IMG/VR virus record: IMGVR_UViG_3300045283_000159
Coordinates: 1 to 57,683 of that record
Source: a virus
Lineage: Duplodnaviria; Caudoviricetes
Length of the DNA: 57,683 nt
Reading direction: 5' to 3' (one strand)
Each line of letters begins with the position of its first letter. Positions within the stretch are counted from its first letter, which is position 1. The notes under the pieces are model-generated. The model did no database searches. It saw only the letters and a list, made by a program, of their open reading frames with translations, and was not told the DNA's origin. Position numbers and translations under genes: made by a program. Of the stretch, positions 9,209 through 16,405 are shown one piece after another.

Positions 9209-9897
9209 CAACCATGAAACTCCCAGCCTGGACCCGCCGCATCCGTGACCGGCTGCGCCCGTCCGCGCCCGCGCCCGCGCCCGTCCGCGGTGACAAGGCG
9301 TTCGCTTTCGTCACCCTGGCCGTGGTCGCGGCGGTGGCCGTCATCGCGTTCTCCGCGTCGTACCAGCACCAGTACGAGCTGTCCATCTACTACCGGCAGA
9401 CTCACTGGGTGGCGGGCATGATGCCGTTCTCTGTTGACCTGCTCATCGTGGCGGCGGGCCTGGTGATCTGGTATGCGGCCCGGCACGGCTATCCGCGTCC
9501 CCTGCGGGCGTATGCGGCGCTGTCGGCCGGGGTGGCTGCGACGGTGATCGCGAACCTCGCCGCGGATCATCATTACGCCTGGCCGTGGCTCGGCCCGGGG
9601 ATCAGCGTGTGGCCCGCGATCGCTTTCGTCGGCGCGTACGAGATGGCGGTGTGGCTGGTCCGCAAGCGGCAGGAGACGGCAGCCGGGGCGGAGGGCGGCG
9701 GCACGGTTCCGTCGCCCGGTTTCAGCGACGCCGAAACCGCGGCGCTGGCGTCTTTGAGGGCGACACTGGCGGCGGGGAACCCGTGGTCGCAGAATCAGCT
9801 TCAGGACCGGTTCGGCCTGTCCCGTGCGGAGGCGGCGAAAGTGCGTAAGCGGGTGCTGGCCGGATCCAACGGGCACGACGCAGGGAGCCAGCCGTGA
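9205..9897 (+). CDS. DUF2637/SpdA-like multi-TM protein with C-terminal HTH
   Basis: AFSASYQH...MPFSVDLLIV...ATVIAN...ISVWPAIAF; C-terminal SQNQLQDRFGLSRAEA. Confidence 0.85.
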   Translation: MTTMKLPAWTRRIRDRLRPSAPAPAPVRGDKAFAFVTLAVVAAVAVIAFSASYQHQYELSIYYRQTHWVAGMMPFSVDLLIVAAGLVIWYAARHGYPRPLRAYAALSAGVAATVIANLAADHHYAWPWLGPGISVWPAIAFVGAYEMAVWLVRKRQETAAGAEGGGTVPSPGFSDAETAALASLRATLAAGNPWSQNQLQDRFGLSRAEAAKVRKRVLAGSNGHDAGSQP

Positions 9898-10028
9898 ACG
9901 ACGAGGAACTCATCGCCCGGGCCCGCCAGCTGGCCGAGGATGGCGTCAGGTCCGCCGAGGCTCAGGCCCTGGCGCGGGAGCTGCTGCGGCAGCTGGCCGA
10001 CCGGCTGGAGGAGGACGGCGATGACTGA
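9894..10028 (+). CDS. Small helical protein (not in ORF track)
   Basis: VNDEELIARARQLAEDG...; coupled. Confidence 0.55.
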   Translation: MNDEELIARARQLAEDGVRSAEAQALARELLRQLADRLEEDGDD

Positions 10029-10257
10029 GCGTGCCCCGAACCGCACCAAGGCGATGCAGGCAGCGGGCGAGTTCTGGGTCGTGATGTGCGCGACCTGCCA
10101 CCACCCCGGCGGTCTGCACATCATCGATCAGTGGGAACCGCGTGTCACGCACTGCCGCTGCTGCACGGATTGTCACCTTTACGTTGACGGCGAGTATGGC
10201 GTGTGGAGTGATGCCCGAACGGCGGAGGCCGCCGAGGCGGAGCGGCCCCCGATATGA
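10021..10257 (+). CDS. Cys-rich small protein
   Basis: GGAGG RBS; CATCHH and CRCCTDC. Confidence 0.65.
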   Translation: MTERAPNRTKAMQAAGEFWVVMCATCHHPGGLHIIDQWEPRVTHCRCCTDCHLYVDGEYGVWSDARTAEAAEAERPPI

Positions 10258-10338
10258 TAGCCACGACCTCCCGGTCACACCCCCCGCAGGCCTCACCGCC
10301 AACGCCCCGTGCATTGGCGTCCCCGCAGAAGGAGGCGC

Positions 10339-10521
10339 ATGGTCAGCGAGGATGCTGCCGCCGCGCTGGTGGTCCGCGAGGCGATGGCGCTGAAGCTGGA
10401 AGGGTATGACCCGGTGATCACGGCGGCGAACGAGCGGCGGCTGGTGCGGCTGGCCGCGCTGCTGCTGGACGGGTTCGGCGTCGGGACCGCCCGGGAGACC
10501 ACGGAGGAAAACGATGACTGA
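10339..10521 (+). CDS. Hypothetical protein
   Basis: AAGGAGG RBS. Confidence 0.65.
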   Translation: MVSEDAAAALVVREAMALKLEGYDPVITAANERRLVRLAALLLDGFGVGTARETTEENDD

Positions 10522-10696
10522 CGAGGGTCCGCGATTGCGCGTGGTGGGTGCAGGTCCACTACGGATGCCGTGGGAGCGGAAGCGGCAAGCTAAATCGTAC
10601 GACGAGGCCAAAGCCATACTCAGGGCCGCTGACGGCTTCCGGGACGGGTTCGGCGTCGGGACCGCCCGGGAGACCACGGAGGAAAACGATGACTGA
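10467..10696 (+). repeat. 55-bp perfect direct repeat (10467-10521 and 10642-10696)
   Basis: GGACGGGTTCGGCGTCGGGACCGCCCGGGAGACCACGGAGGAAAACGATGACTGA twice. Confidence 0.95.
10514..10696 (+). CDS. Hypothetical protein sharing its C-terminus with the upstream gene
   Basis: Both genes end in DGFGVGTARETTEENDD. Confidence 0.6.
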   Translation: MTDEGPRLRVVGAGPLRMPWERKRQAKSYDEAKAILRAADGFRDGFGVGTARETTEENDD

Positions 10697-10973
10697 GACC
10701 GAATCACCGTGCGACTTCCACTGCGGCTACGTCAGCAGCGGCAGGGACCTCTGGGAGCACATCGCCTGGGAGCATCAGGACTGCGGCGAGTGCGGGAACA
10801 GTCCCCGCCACGATGAAGCCGGCAATGAGGCCGTCACTCACAAGCCGGACTGCCCGCGCCTCCAGCCCGGATATGCCTACCCGTCGGCCGGCAGCGGCTA
10901 CACGCGATACGACGGGCCGCTTGAGGGTGATGACGACCCGTACGTCAACGACGTCATCGGCGACCTCACATGA
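10689..10973 (+). CDS. Zn-finger-like small protein
   Basis: CDFHC...HIAWEH, CGEC, HKPDC. Confidence 0.65.
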   Translation: MTETESPCDFHCGYVSSGRDLWEHIAWEHQDCGECGNSPRHDEAGNEAVTHKPDCPRLQPGYAYPSAGSGYTRYDGPLEGDDDPYVNDVIGDLT

Positions 10974-11063
10974 CCCGCCAGCCGCCCCTGTAATCCGCGC
11001 AACCCGGTCGGACGTCTGTAAGGTTGACCACACCTAACTGACGACACCGGGAGACGGCTCCAC

Positions 11064-11354
11064 TTGACATCCTCCATCGGCCCGAAGGCCGAGGATTCCC
11101 GCGAGCAGCTGACGGTTGCCCAGCATAACAGCAGGGCCGCCACCGCTTGGCTATCGCGGTTGTGGCGGCCCTGCTCACGTTGGCATCTTCCGCGGAAGGT
11201 GTCAGCTGCTCACGGAGGTTCGCGGTTCACGGCCCGGCCTTACTGCGCCGAAGGGCTCCCCGCGCTGCCACCGCATGCCCTGCGGCGGGTCCTGTGGACT
11301 CGCCCACTCTACCGCGCCGTGCTAGGGCGGGGTTTCCGCACGGAAGGAATCCTG
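11064..11354 (-). mobile_element. Non-autonomous IS200/IS605 derivative (PATE-like) with TnpB omegaRNA-like scaffold and no protein
   Basis: Minus strand ends GGGAATCCTCGGCCTTCGGGCCGATGGAGGATGTCAA (right end with GAAT and TCAA); LE-like hairpin GAAACCCCGCCCTAGCACGGCGCGG; internal GGAG...GTAAG...TGAA...GAACC motifs. Confidence 0.75.
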
Positions 11355-12170
11355 ATGTACAGACGCTTTATCGCACTGGCCGCCGCAATGGCCCTGGCCG
11401 TCCTCGGCGTCACCGCCTGGATGGCCGGAGGCGCGGCCGCGACCACGCTCACCTGTACCCACTCCGCCGGGGCGACCACCGTGCCGATCGGCTGCGGCGG
11501 CCTCCAGTCCGTCCTCGCCACCCACGGCACCCTCGACATGGCCGTCATCGGCACCGCCAGCGCCAACGGGAACTACTTCAACAGCCCCGTAGGCGTGAAG
11601 ACCGACACCCAGACCACCACCCCCGGGCAGCGCGAGGACTTCACCGTGTTCGCGGTCGGCGGCAGCATCACCGGCGGCCTCGGCGGCCTCGGCCAGTACG
11701 TCGCCATGTACACCCCGAACGGCCACGTCCCCGGCTTCCCCGCCGGCCAGCCGGCGGCTAACACGTCGTTCATGCCGAACAGCCAGGACTTCTGCCTGTC
11801 CGTGACGCAGCTCCCGAACGGCCCCCACGGCGCGCTCCGCTGGAACGCCGTCCTGCGGAACTGCAACACGAACGGCACGTTCCACATGGGCGACAACGCG
11901 GGCGTGGAGAACTCGGTGACCTCGAGCCACGCGAACCGGTGGCAGGTGTGGGCCCCCGCGACCGGCGCGGCCGGCCTGGAGATGGTCAACGTCAGCCTGC
12001 ATAACCACTTCAACGTGCCGTACGTCCTGGACATCAAGGGCTCCGGCGGTGACGGGTCGAGGCTGCTGGCGTTCCCCACGCACAACGCCGCGAACGAGGA
12101 GTGGACGCTGATCGGGTGCACGCACCCGGCTGACGAGATCAACGGCGGCTCGTACGCGGCCTGCCCGTAG
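11355..12170 (+). CDS. Secreted protein with ricin-B/beta-trefoil-like C-terminus
   Basis: Signal peptide MYRRFIALAAAMALAVLG...AAA; VLDIKG...NAANEEW and RWQVW motifs. Confidence 0.7.
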   Translation: MYRRFIALAAAMALAVLGVTAWMAGGAAATTLTCTHSAGATTVPIGCGGLQSVLATHGTLDMAVIGTASANGNYFNSPVGVKTDTQTTTPGQREDFTVFAVGGSITGGLGGLGQYVAMYTPNGHVPGFPAGQPAANTSFMPNSQDFCLSVTQLPNGPHGALRWNAVLRNCNTNGTFHMGDNAGVENSVTSSHANRWQVWAPATGAAGLEMVNVSLHNHFNVPYVLDIKGSGGDGSRLLAFPTHNAANEEWTLIGCTHPADEINGGSYAACP

Positions 12171-12181
12171 GACTCCCACTA

Positions 12182-12322
12182 GGGGGATCGTTCAGGGAAG
12201 GGTAGTGCGGGTGCGTGCCTTGAGTCCCGCCCGGCGGCCAGAGCCGATCTGACTGGCTCCCTGATCCCCCGCCCTCACCGGCAGGACCCCGGTCTCCTGG
12301 CACGCGGGAGGCCGGGCCTGCC
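12182..12322 (+). ncRNA. Candidate structured RNA or terminator complex
   Basis: GGGGGATC/GATCCCCC and TCAGGGA/TCCCTGA enclosing stems, then a long GGCAGG...CCTGCC hairpin. Confidence 0.4.
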
Positions 12323-12351
12323 GTCATACGATGGAACTCCAGTGACTCCTG

Positions 12352-12621
12352 ATGGCGGGTGAGACGTTAATGGTGAGCAGCCAGGAGGTATACGACCTGC
12401 TCCGCGGCGTCGAGTACAACGACGACCTGCGGCCACAGCACTGGGTGATGAACCTTGAGTGGTACAAGGCGATCCGCCGTGAGTTCCTCCGCCCCGACGA
12501 CGACGCCAGGAACGAAGCGGAATGGGAGCCGTCCGACATCGACATGGTCCTCGGCTACTACGTCACCGTGACCGAGGACGGCGGACGGCCGCACCTGGTG
12601 GAACAGCAGGTGCGACGTTGA
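12352..12621 (+). CDS. Small protein resembling an HK97 capsid A-domain fragment
   Basis: HWVMNLEWYKAIR...MVLGYYVTVTEDGGRPHL; paralog of 25155..25493. Confidence 0.65.
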   Translation: MAGETLMVSSQEVYDLLRGVEYNDDLRPQHWVMNLEWYKAIRREFLRPDDDARNEAEWEPSDIDMVLGYYVTVTEDGGRPHLVEQQVRR

Positions 12622-12920
12622 CCGACCCGGCGGACCTCGTACGCGGGCCATTGGCCGCGTGGGATGCACGCGACGCCGGATGGCCGTACCGCCGCCAGGA
12701 GAAGACGGACTGGCTTACGGCGCAGGGCCTGCCCGCGGACGAGATGTACCGGATCGAGTTCTTCCTGGCTGACATGCCCTGTGCCCGGATCTTCTGCTAC
12801 CACCTCAACGAGGACGGCAGACGGCACCTGGATGAGGAGCGCATCGCGTCGGTGGAGCCACCCCGCATGGTTCCGCTCACCGGCCTGCCGCCCCGGGAGC
12901 TACTGGGAGTCCCGGCGTGA
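12618..12920 (+). CDS. Hypothetical protein
   Basis: TTG start; first 9 codons shared with the next gene. Confidence 0.65.
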   Translation: MTDPADLVRGPLAAWDARDAGWPYRRQEKTDWLTAQGLPADEMYRIEFFLADMPCARIFCYHLNEDGRRHLDEERIASVEPPRMVPLTGLPPRELLGVPA

Positions 12921-13522
12921 CCGACCCGGCGGACCTCGTACGCGACAACTGCGTCCAGCTTCGCCTCCTCCACCCCCGCCTCGAGTACGCCATCACGCAG
13001 GCGTCATCCGGCGACGGGGACAGCATGGCGCCGCGCCCGGCTGACGCGCCGTTCCCCGGTAACGCGGAGGCGTTCGGCGCGCTCATGGTCATCATCGAGA
13101 AGGTCCCCCGCCTGGAGGCGTCGCTGCTGCGGGCCGTCGCCGGCCATCCGGGGCTGCGGCGCGGCGGGTCGACCGGGAATTTCCTCGACGCGCTCGGCGC
13201 CATCCCGGGCCTGGCCGCCGGGCTGAAGGACGCCGATGACGAGGCCGCGGCCGGGCGGATCCTGGAATGGCTGGTGAAGCTGGCGCAGCAGGTCCGGGCG
13301 ATCGACGAGGCGGAGCGGTGGCGCCCGCTGCCGCAGCGGCCGTGCCCCCGCTGCGGCTGCTACTTCCTGCGGGTCCAGGAGGACGCGCGGGGGCAGCCGG
13401 GGCCGGGCGCGAGGTGCTTCGGGCACCTGGAGTCGGGTGAGCCGTGCCGGGCGGCGTGGGCCAGCCTCGCCGAGATCGCGCACGACCTGGAACGCGCCGA
13501 GACCGCGAATGTGGACGGGTGA
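12917..13522 (+). CDS. Zn-ribbon protein, putative late transcription regulator
   Basis: CPRCGC...C...C; position just before the late promoter. Confidence 0.6.
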   Translation: MTDPADLVRDNCVQLRLLHPRLEYAITQASSGDGDSMAPRPADAPFPGNAEAFGALMVIIEKVPRLEASLLRAVAGHPGLRRGGSTGNFLDALGAIPGLAAGLKDADDEAAAGRILEWLVKLAQQVRAIDEAERWRPLPQRPCPRCGCYFLRVQEDARGQPGPGARCFGHLESGEPCRAAWASLAEIAHDLERAETANVDG

Positions 13523-13524
13523 CC

Positions 13525-13677
13525 ATGGCCGAAGGCGACAAGGTGACCGTCAGCGGAGTCATCACCTGGGACTATGCAGGTAACGACTGGGTAGAGGTCC
13601 GCTTCGCGGATGGTCCTAACGGGGCGGCGGTCATTCCGCGCAGCCTGCTGCCCGCGCCGGCGGACGCGGACGGGTGA
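13525..13677 (+). CDS. Small beta-rich protein
   Basis: MAEGDKVTVSG... Confidence 0.55.
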   Translation: MAEGDKVTVSGVITWDYAGNDWVEVRFADGPNGAAVIPRSLLPAPADADG

Positions 13678-13687
13678 AGGCGGTGCC

Positions 13688-13888
13688 ATGGCGCAGGAGT
13701 ACGCGAAAGGCGTCTGCCCTGAGTGCAGGCGGACCATCTCCGGCCGCGCCACCGGCATCGAGAAAGCCCACGCCGACCGCCGGTTCGTCGCCCTCCAGCC
13801 GCACACCCGCGCCAGGAACGGCCACGGCCGCGACGTCGTGTGCCTCGCCAAAGGTGCCCGCCGCGTCGTCCCCCGCATCCGTGACTGA
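13688..13888 (+). CDS. Small Zn-binding protein
   Basis: CPEC...H...C. Confidence 0.6.
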   Translation: MAQEYAKGVCPECRRTISGRATGIEKAHADRRFVALQPHTRARNGHGRDVVCLAKGARRVVPRIRD

Positions 13889-13992
13889 GACCTGGGGCTT
13901 CGGGCGGCGTGACGTGCGCGGCGACCCGTGCGGCGACCCCCCGCTGAGACCAGCCGGGCGGCTGCGCGACCTGATTGCCATGCGGGGCGCCC

Positions 13993-14238
13993 ATGGTTGA
14001 AGGGTGGACCATAGCCGAGGCGCGGGAGCAGTTCGCGCAGGCGGGCGTCCCGTTCGACGGCCTCGCCCGGGTCATCCAGGTGCTGCCCGGCTTCCAGCGC
14101 ACCGGCGAGAAGAAGAAGCCGCCCGGCAGCAAAGGCGGCCGCGGCGAGCTCGTGTACGACATCGGCGACCTGCAACAGCTTCACGCTGTCCTCGCGCGAT
14201 GGCTCGTCCCGCAGGTGACGACACCGGGAGACACGTGA
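13993..14238 (+). CDS. MerR/excisionase-like HTH protein, putative late regulator
   Basis: WTIAEA...GRGELVYDIGDL. Confidence 0.6.
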   Translation: MVEGWTIAEAREQFAQAGVPFDGLARVIQVLPGFQRTGEKKKPPGSKGGRGELVYDIGDLQQLHAVLARWLVPQVTTPGDT

Positions 14239-14248
14239 CGCCCGGCTC

Positions 14249-14276
14249 TTGACAACGGGTTGGTTTCCCTTAGCCT
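14249..14276 (+). promoter_or_regulatory. Putative late promoter
   Basis: TTGACA-16-TAGCCT before the long rightward operon. Confidence 0.6.
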
Positions 14277-14435
14277 GTGCCTAGGAGCAGTATGCCCGCA
14301 CCCCCCGAGGGCAAGCTCTCCATCCGCTAGCCCGCGAGCTTCCAATCCTCTCGCGGGTGCCAGCAGCGGCTATTGCGGGCCCGGCGCCCAACTCCTTCCC
14401 GGACGCCGGGCCTGTCGCTTACCCGGAGGGACACC

Positions 14436-14591
14436 ATGGACATCGAGCGCGTCATCCGCGAGGCCGCCGACACCCTGGTAGACGCGGCCCCCCCGGAGCG
14501 CAAGAGCGAGGTCCGTGCCGCGTCCCTCACCTTCCTCAATGACGTGACCGCCGCCTTCATCGCGGACGTGCGGTGCCCTGACCATGGCTGA
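14436..14591 (+). CDS. Microprotein
   Basis: GGAGG RBS. Confidence 0.6.
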   Translation: MDIERVIREAADTLVDAAPPERKSEVRAASLTFLNDVTAAFIADVRCPDHG

Positions 14592-14751
14592 CCTGCCAGG
14601 CGGACCCGGCTGGTACCGGCTCGGTGACCACGGCTGGGAGCACGTCCCCGACGACATAGCCGAGGCCGAGTACGCAGCCAAGGTCCCCGGGTATGAGGAG
14701 CTCGTGTACTACTCGGGCACGGCACCCATGACCGCCGCCGCGCTGTTCTGA
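14584..14751 (+). CDS. Microprotein
   Basis: MADLPGGPGWYRL...; overlaps the previous stop. Confidence 0.55.
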   Translation: MADLPGGPGWYRLGDHGWEHVPDDIAEAEYAAKVPGYEELVYYSGTAPMTAAALF

Positions 14752-14763
14752 ACCGGAGGAACC

Positions 14764-14865
14764 ATGCCAAGGTTCACGATCCCCCGCACCGCCAACTGCG
14801 AAAGCGGCGCGACCAGGCGGAACCCGTCCCCCCAGTACCGCTACGAGCACTACGACCCCCGCTGA
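14764..14865 (+). CDS. Microprotein (33 aa)
   Basis: GGAGGA RBS. Confidence 0.5.
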   Translation: MPRFTIPRTANCESGATRRNPSPQYRYEHYDPR

Positions 14866-14877
14866 CCGGAGGCAACT

Positions 14878-14970
14878 GTGACAACCCTGCAAGGGTGGAT
14901 CCTGATCGTCCTGATCGGCATCATCGCGCTCGCCTACCTCATCGGCCTGTTCCGGGGCCGGGCGGCATGA
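14878..14970 (+). CDS. Single-TM micropeptide (30 aa)
   Basis: GGAGG RBS; WILIVLIGIIALAYLIGL. Confidence 0.6.
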   Translation: MTTLQGWILIVLIGIIALAYLIGLFRGRAA

Positions 14971-15155
14971 CCGACGAGGAAGCGCACGAGTTCTACAAGG
15001 ACCCGGAGCACCTGAAGCCCGCCGGGCCGTGGGCCGCCGCCTTCATCAGGCCGGGCATCAGGGAACTGCGGTACGATCCGCCGTCGTGCGGCCCGCAGGC
15101 GCAGACGGTGAACGTCGGCTCGCTGCCGTACGGGCAGCGAGACCCCGCCGCCTGA
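14967..15155 (+). CDS. Microprotein
   Basis: ATGA-coupled. Confidence 0.55.
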   Translation: MTDEEAHEFYKDPEHLKPAGPWAAAFIRPGIRELRYDPPSCGPQAQTVNVGSLPYGQRDPAA

Positions 15156-15229
15156 TGTACATCGGCCTCGGCGTCGTCCTGGTGATCGTCGTGCTCGTCG
15201 TCCTGATCGTCCTCCTGCGGCGGCGCTGA
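15155..15229 (+). CDS. Single-TM micropeptide (24 aa)
   Basis: MYIGLGVVLVIVVLVVLIVLLRRR; TGATG coupling. Confidence 0.6.
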   Translation: MYIGLGVVLVIVVLVVLIVLLRRR

Positions 15230-15231
15230 CC

Positions 15232-15369
15232 ATGACCTGGTGGCTGTGCCCGAACGAGCCCCGGTGCCCGCACGGGGCCGTACTGCACGACATCGAGGAC
15301 TACGAGGACATCATGCCGCGCTGCTGCGTCGAGGGCTGCGACTGCGGCAAGCGCGAGCCAGGGCGCTAA
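15232..15369 (+). CDS. Cys-rich microprotein
   Basis: CPNEPRCPH...CCVEGCDC. Confidence 0.55.
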   Translation: MTWWLCPNEPRCPHGAVLHDIEDYEDIMPRCCVEGCDCGKREPGR

Positions 15370-15372
15370 CCC

Positions 15373-15690
15373 GTGCCTGCGCGCGTGCGGTGGACGGGCA
15401 CCACGACACAACGCGGGTACGGCCACGGTCACCAGTCAGAGCGTGAGCGCAGGCTGGCCGCGTACCGGCCGGGCGACCTGTGCGCCCACTGCGGGCGGCC
15501 GATGTGGTGGTGGCCGCTCACCACAGCACGCCAGTACATCGACCTGCCCCACACGGCGGACCGCAGCGGCTACCTCCCCGGCCTCGCGCATAGATCTTGC
15601 AACAGGCGAGACGGGCAGCGCATGACCACGGCGATCCTCAACGCCAGGCGCGGCAGGGCACGGGCGTGGGCACAGGCACGGCAGTGGTGA
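15373..15690 (+). CDS. Packaging-associated HNH endonuclease
   Basis: TTQRGYG; CAHCG; IDLPH; AHRSCNR; located upstream of cos/TerS. Confidence 0.8.
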   Translation: MPARVRWTGTTTQRGYGHGHQSERERRLAAYRPGDLCAHCGRPMWWWPLTTARQYIDLPHTADRSGYLPGLAHRSCNRRDGQRMTTAILNARRGRARAWAQARQW

Positions 15691-15691
15691 C

Positions 15692-15793
15692 ATGAGCCAT
15701 ACCTGGACATTGCTGATCTGGACAGCGCAGGTCGTGTTCGACGTGGCCGCGTGCGTCCTCATCGCGGTCCTCTGGCTGGCATCACGCGACTAG
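15692..15793 (+). CDS. Single-TM micropeptide
   Basis: MSHTWTLLIWTAQVVFDVAACVLIAVLWLASRD. Confidence 0.45.
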   Translation: MSHTWTLLIWTAQVVFDVAACVLIAVLWLASRD

Positions 15794-15799
15794 CGCGGC

Positions 15800-16100
15800 A
15801 GTGGTGACCAGCGCACACCACGCATGCACGTTGCACATGCACGTTGCATTCGTACATTGCGTACGTACATGTACGAACAGATGGACGTGTACTGACAGTG
15901 ACCACACTGCCTGACCACCTCCCGGCCTGACCACCCGCCACCCCACCACCCTAGGGACTCCAACCACCCCCAGGGGTGGTAGCTGATCGACCATCCAGGG
16001 TGATTGACCTGCGAAGATAGACGACCATCGAATCGCGAACCGGACAAAGCGGACATTTTGGACTGCCGCAGCCATGATTTCTACACACGGCTTTCCCCCA
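15800..16100. other. Putative cos/packaging region
   Basis: Lower-GC non-coding gap between HNH and TerS; tandem CATGCACGTTGCA twice; CCTGACCACC twice. Confidence 0.55.
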
Positions 16101-16117
16101 ACATCCCGAGGTGCCCA

Positions 16118-16405
16118 ATGTCGTCACTGAGGGTAGTGAAGGACAGCCCGACCCCCCGCCGGCGCAAACCGGCGACGGTGCGGTCCGCGGCGGAGAGCGG
16201 CAGCCGCCGCGCGCTGCTGACCGCCTTGCGGGCCCGGATCGCGACGGGCATAGACAACCCGGATACGCCCGCGCGGGATCTGGCGGCCCTGTCGCTGCGG
16301 CTGCTGGACATCGCCCGGGAGCTGGAGCTGCTGGACGCGGCGGAGAAGGCGGACGGCATTGGCGAGGCGGCAGCAACCCCGGACCAGCGCTGGACTGCTC
16401 CCTGA
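16118..16405 (+). CDS. terS: Terminase small subunit
   Basis: ALRARIA.GID...PARDLAALSLRL actinophage TerS pattern; overlaps TerL. Confidence 0.8.
   Translation: MSSLRVVKDSPTPRRRKPATVRSAAESGSRRALLTALRARIATGIDNPDTPARDLAALSLRLLDIARELELLDAAEKADGIGEAAATPDQRWTAP

Noticed and set aside
10467-10696. CRISPR mini-array
   Set aside because: Only two 55-bp copies with a 120-bp coding interval; the repeat is a gene end plus RBS
4570-11040. Independent AICE nested in the phage
   Set aside because: No second integrase, excisionase, RepSA-like gene or flanking att repeats seen; cannot be fully excluded without comparative data
11064-11354. 97-aa N-terminal extension of the secreted protein
   Set aside because: The signal peptide and RBS indicate a start at 11355; the open frame through the element is probably incidental
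14216-14232. Self-target of the omegaRNA guide at the late promoter
   Set aside because: The 17-nt match covers guide positions 9-25 only; the seed and TAM do not match, so a duplicated RBS region is the simpler explanation
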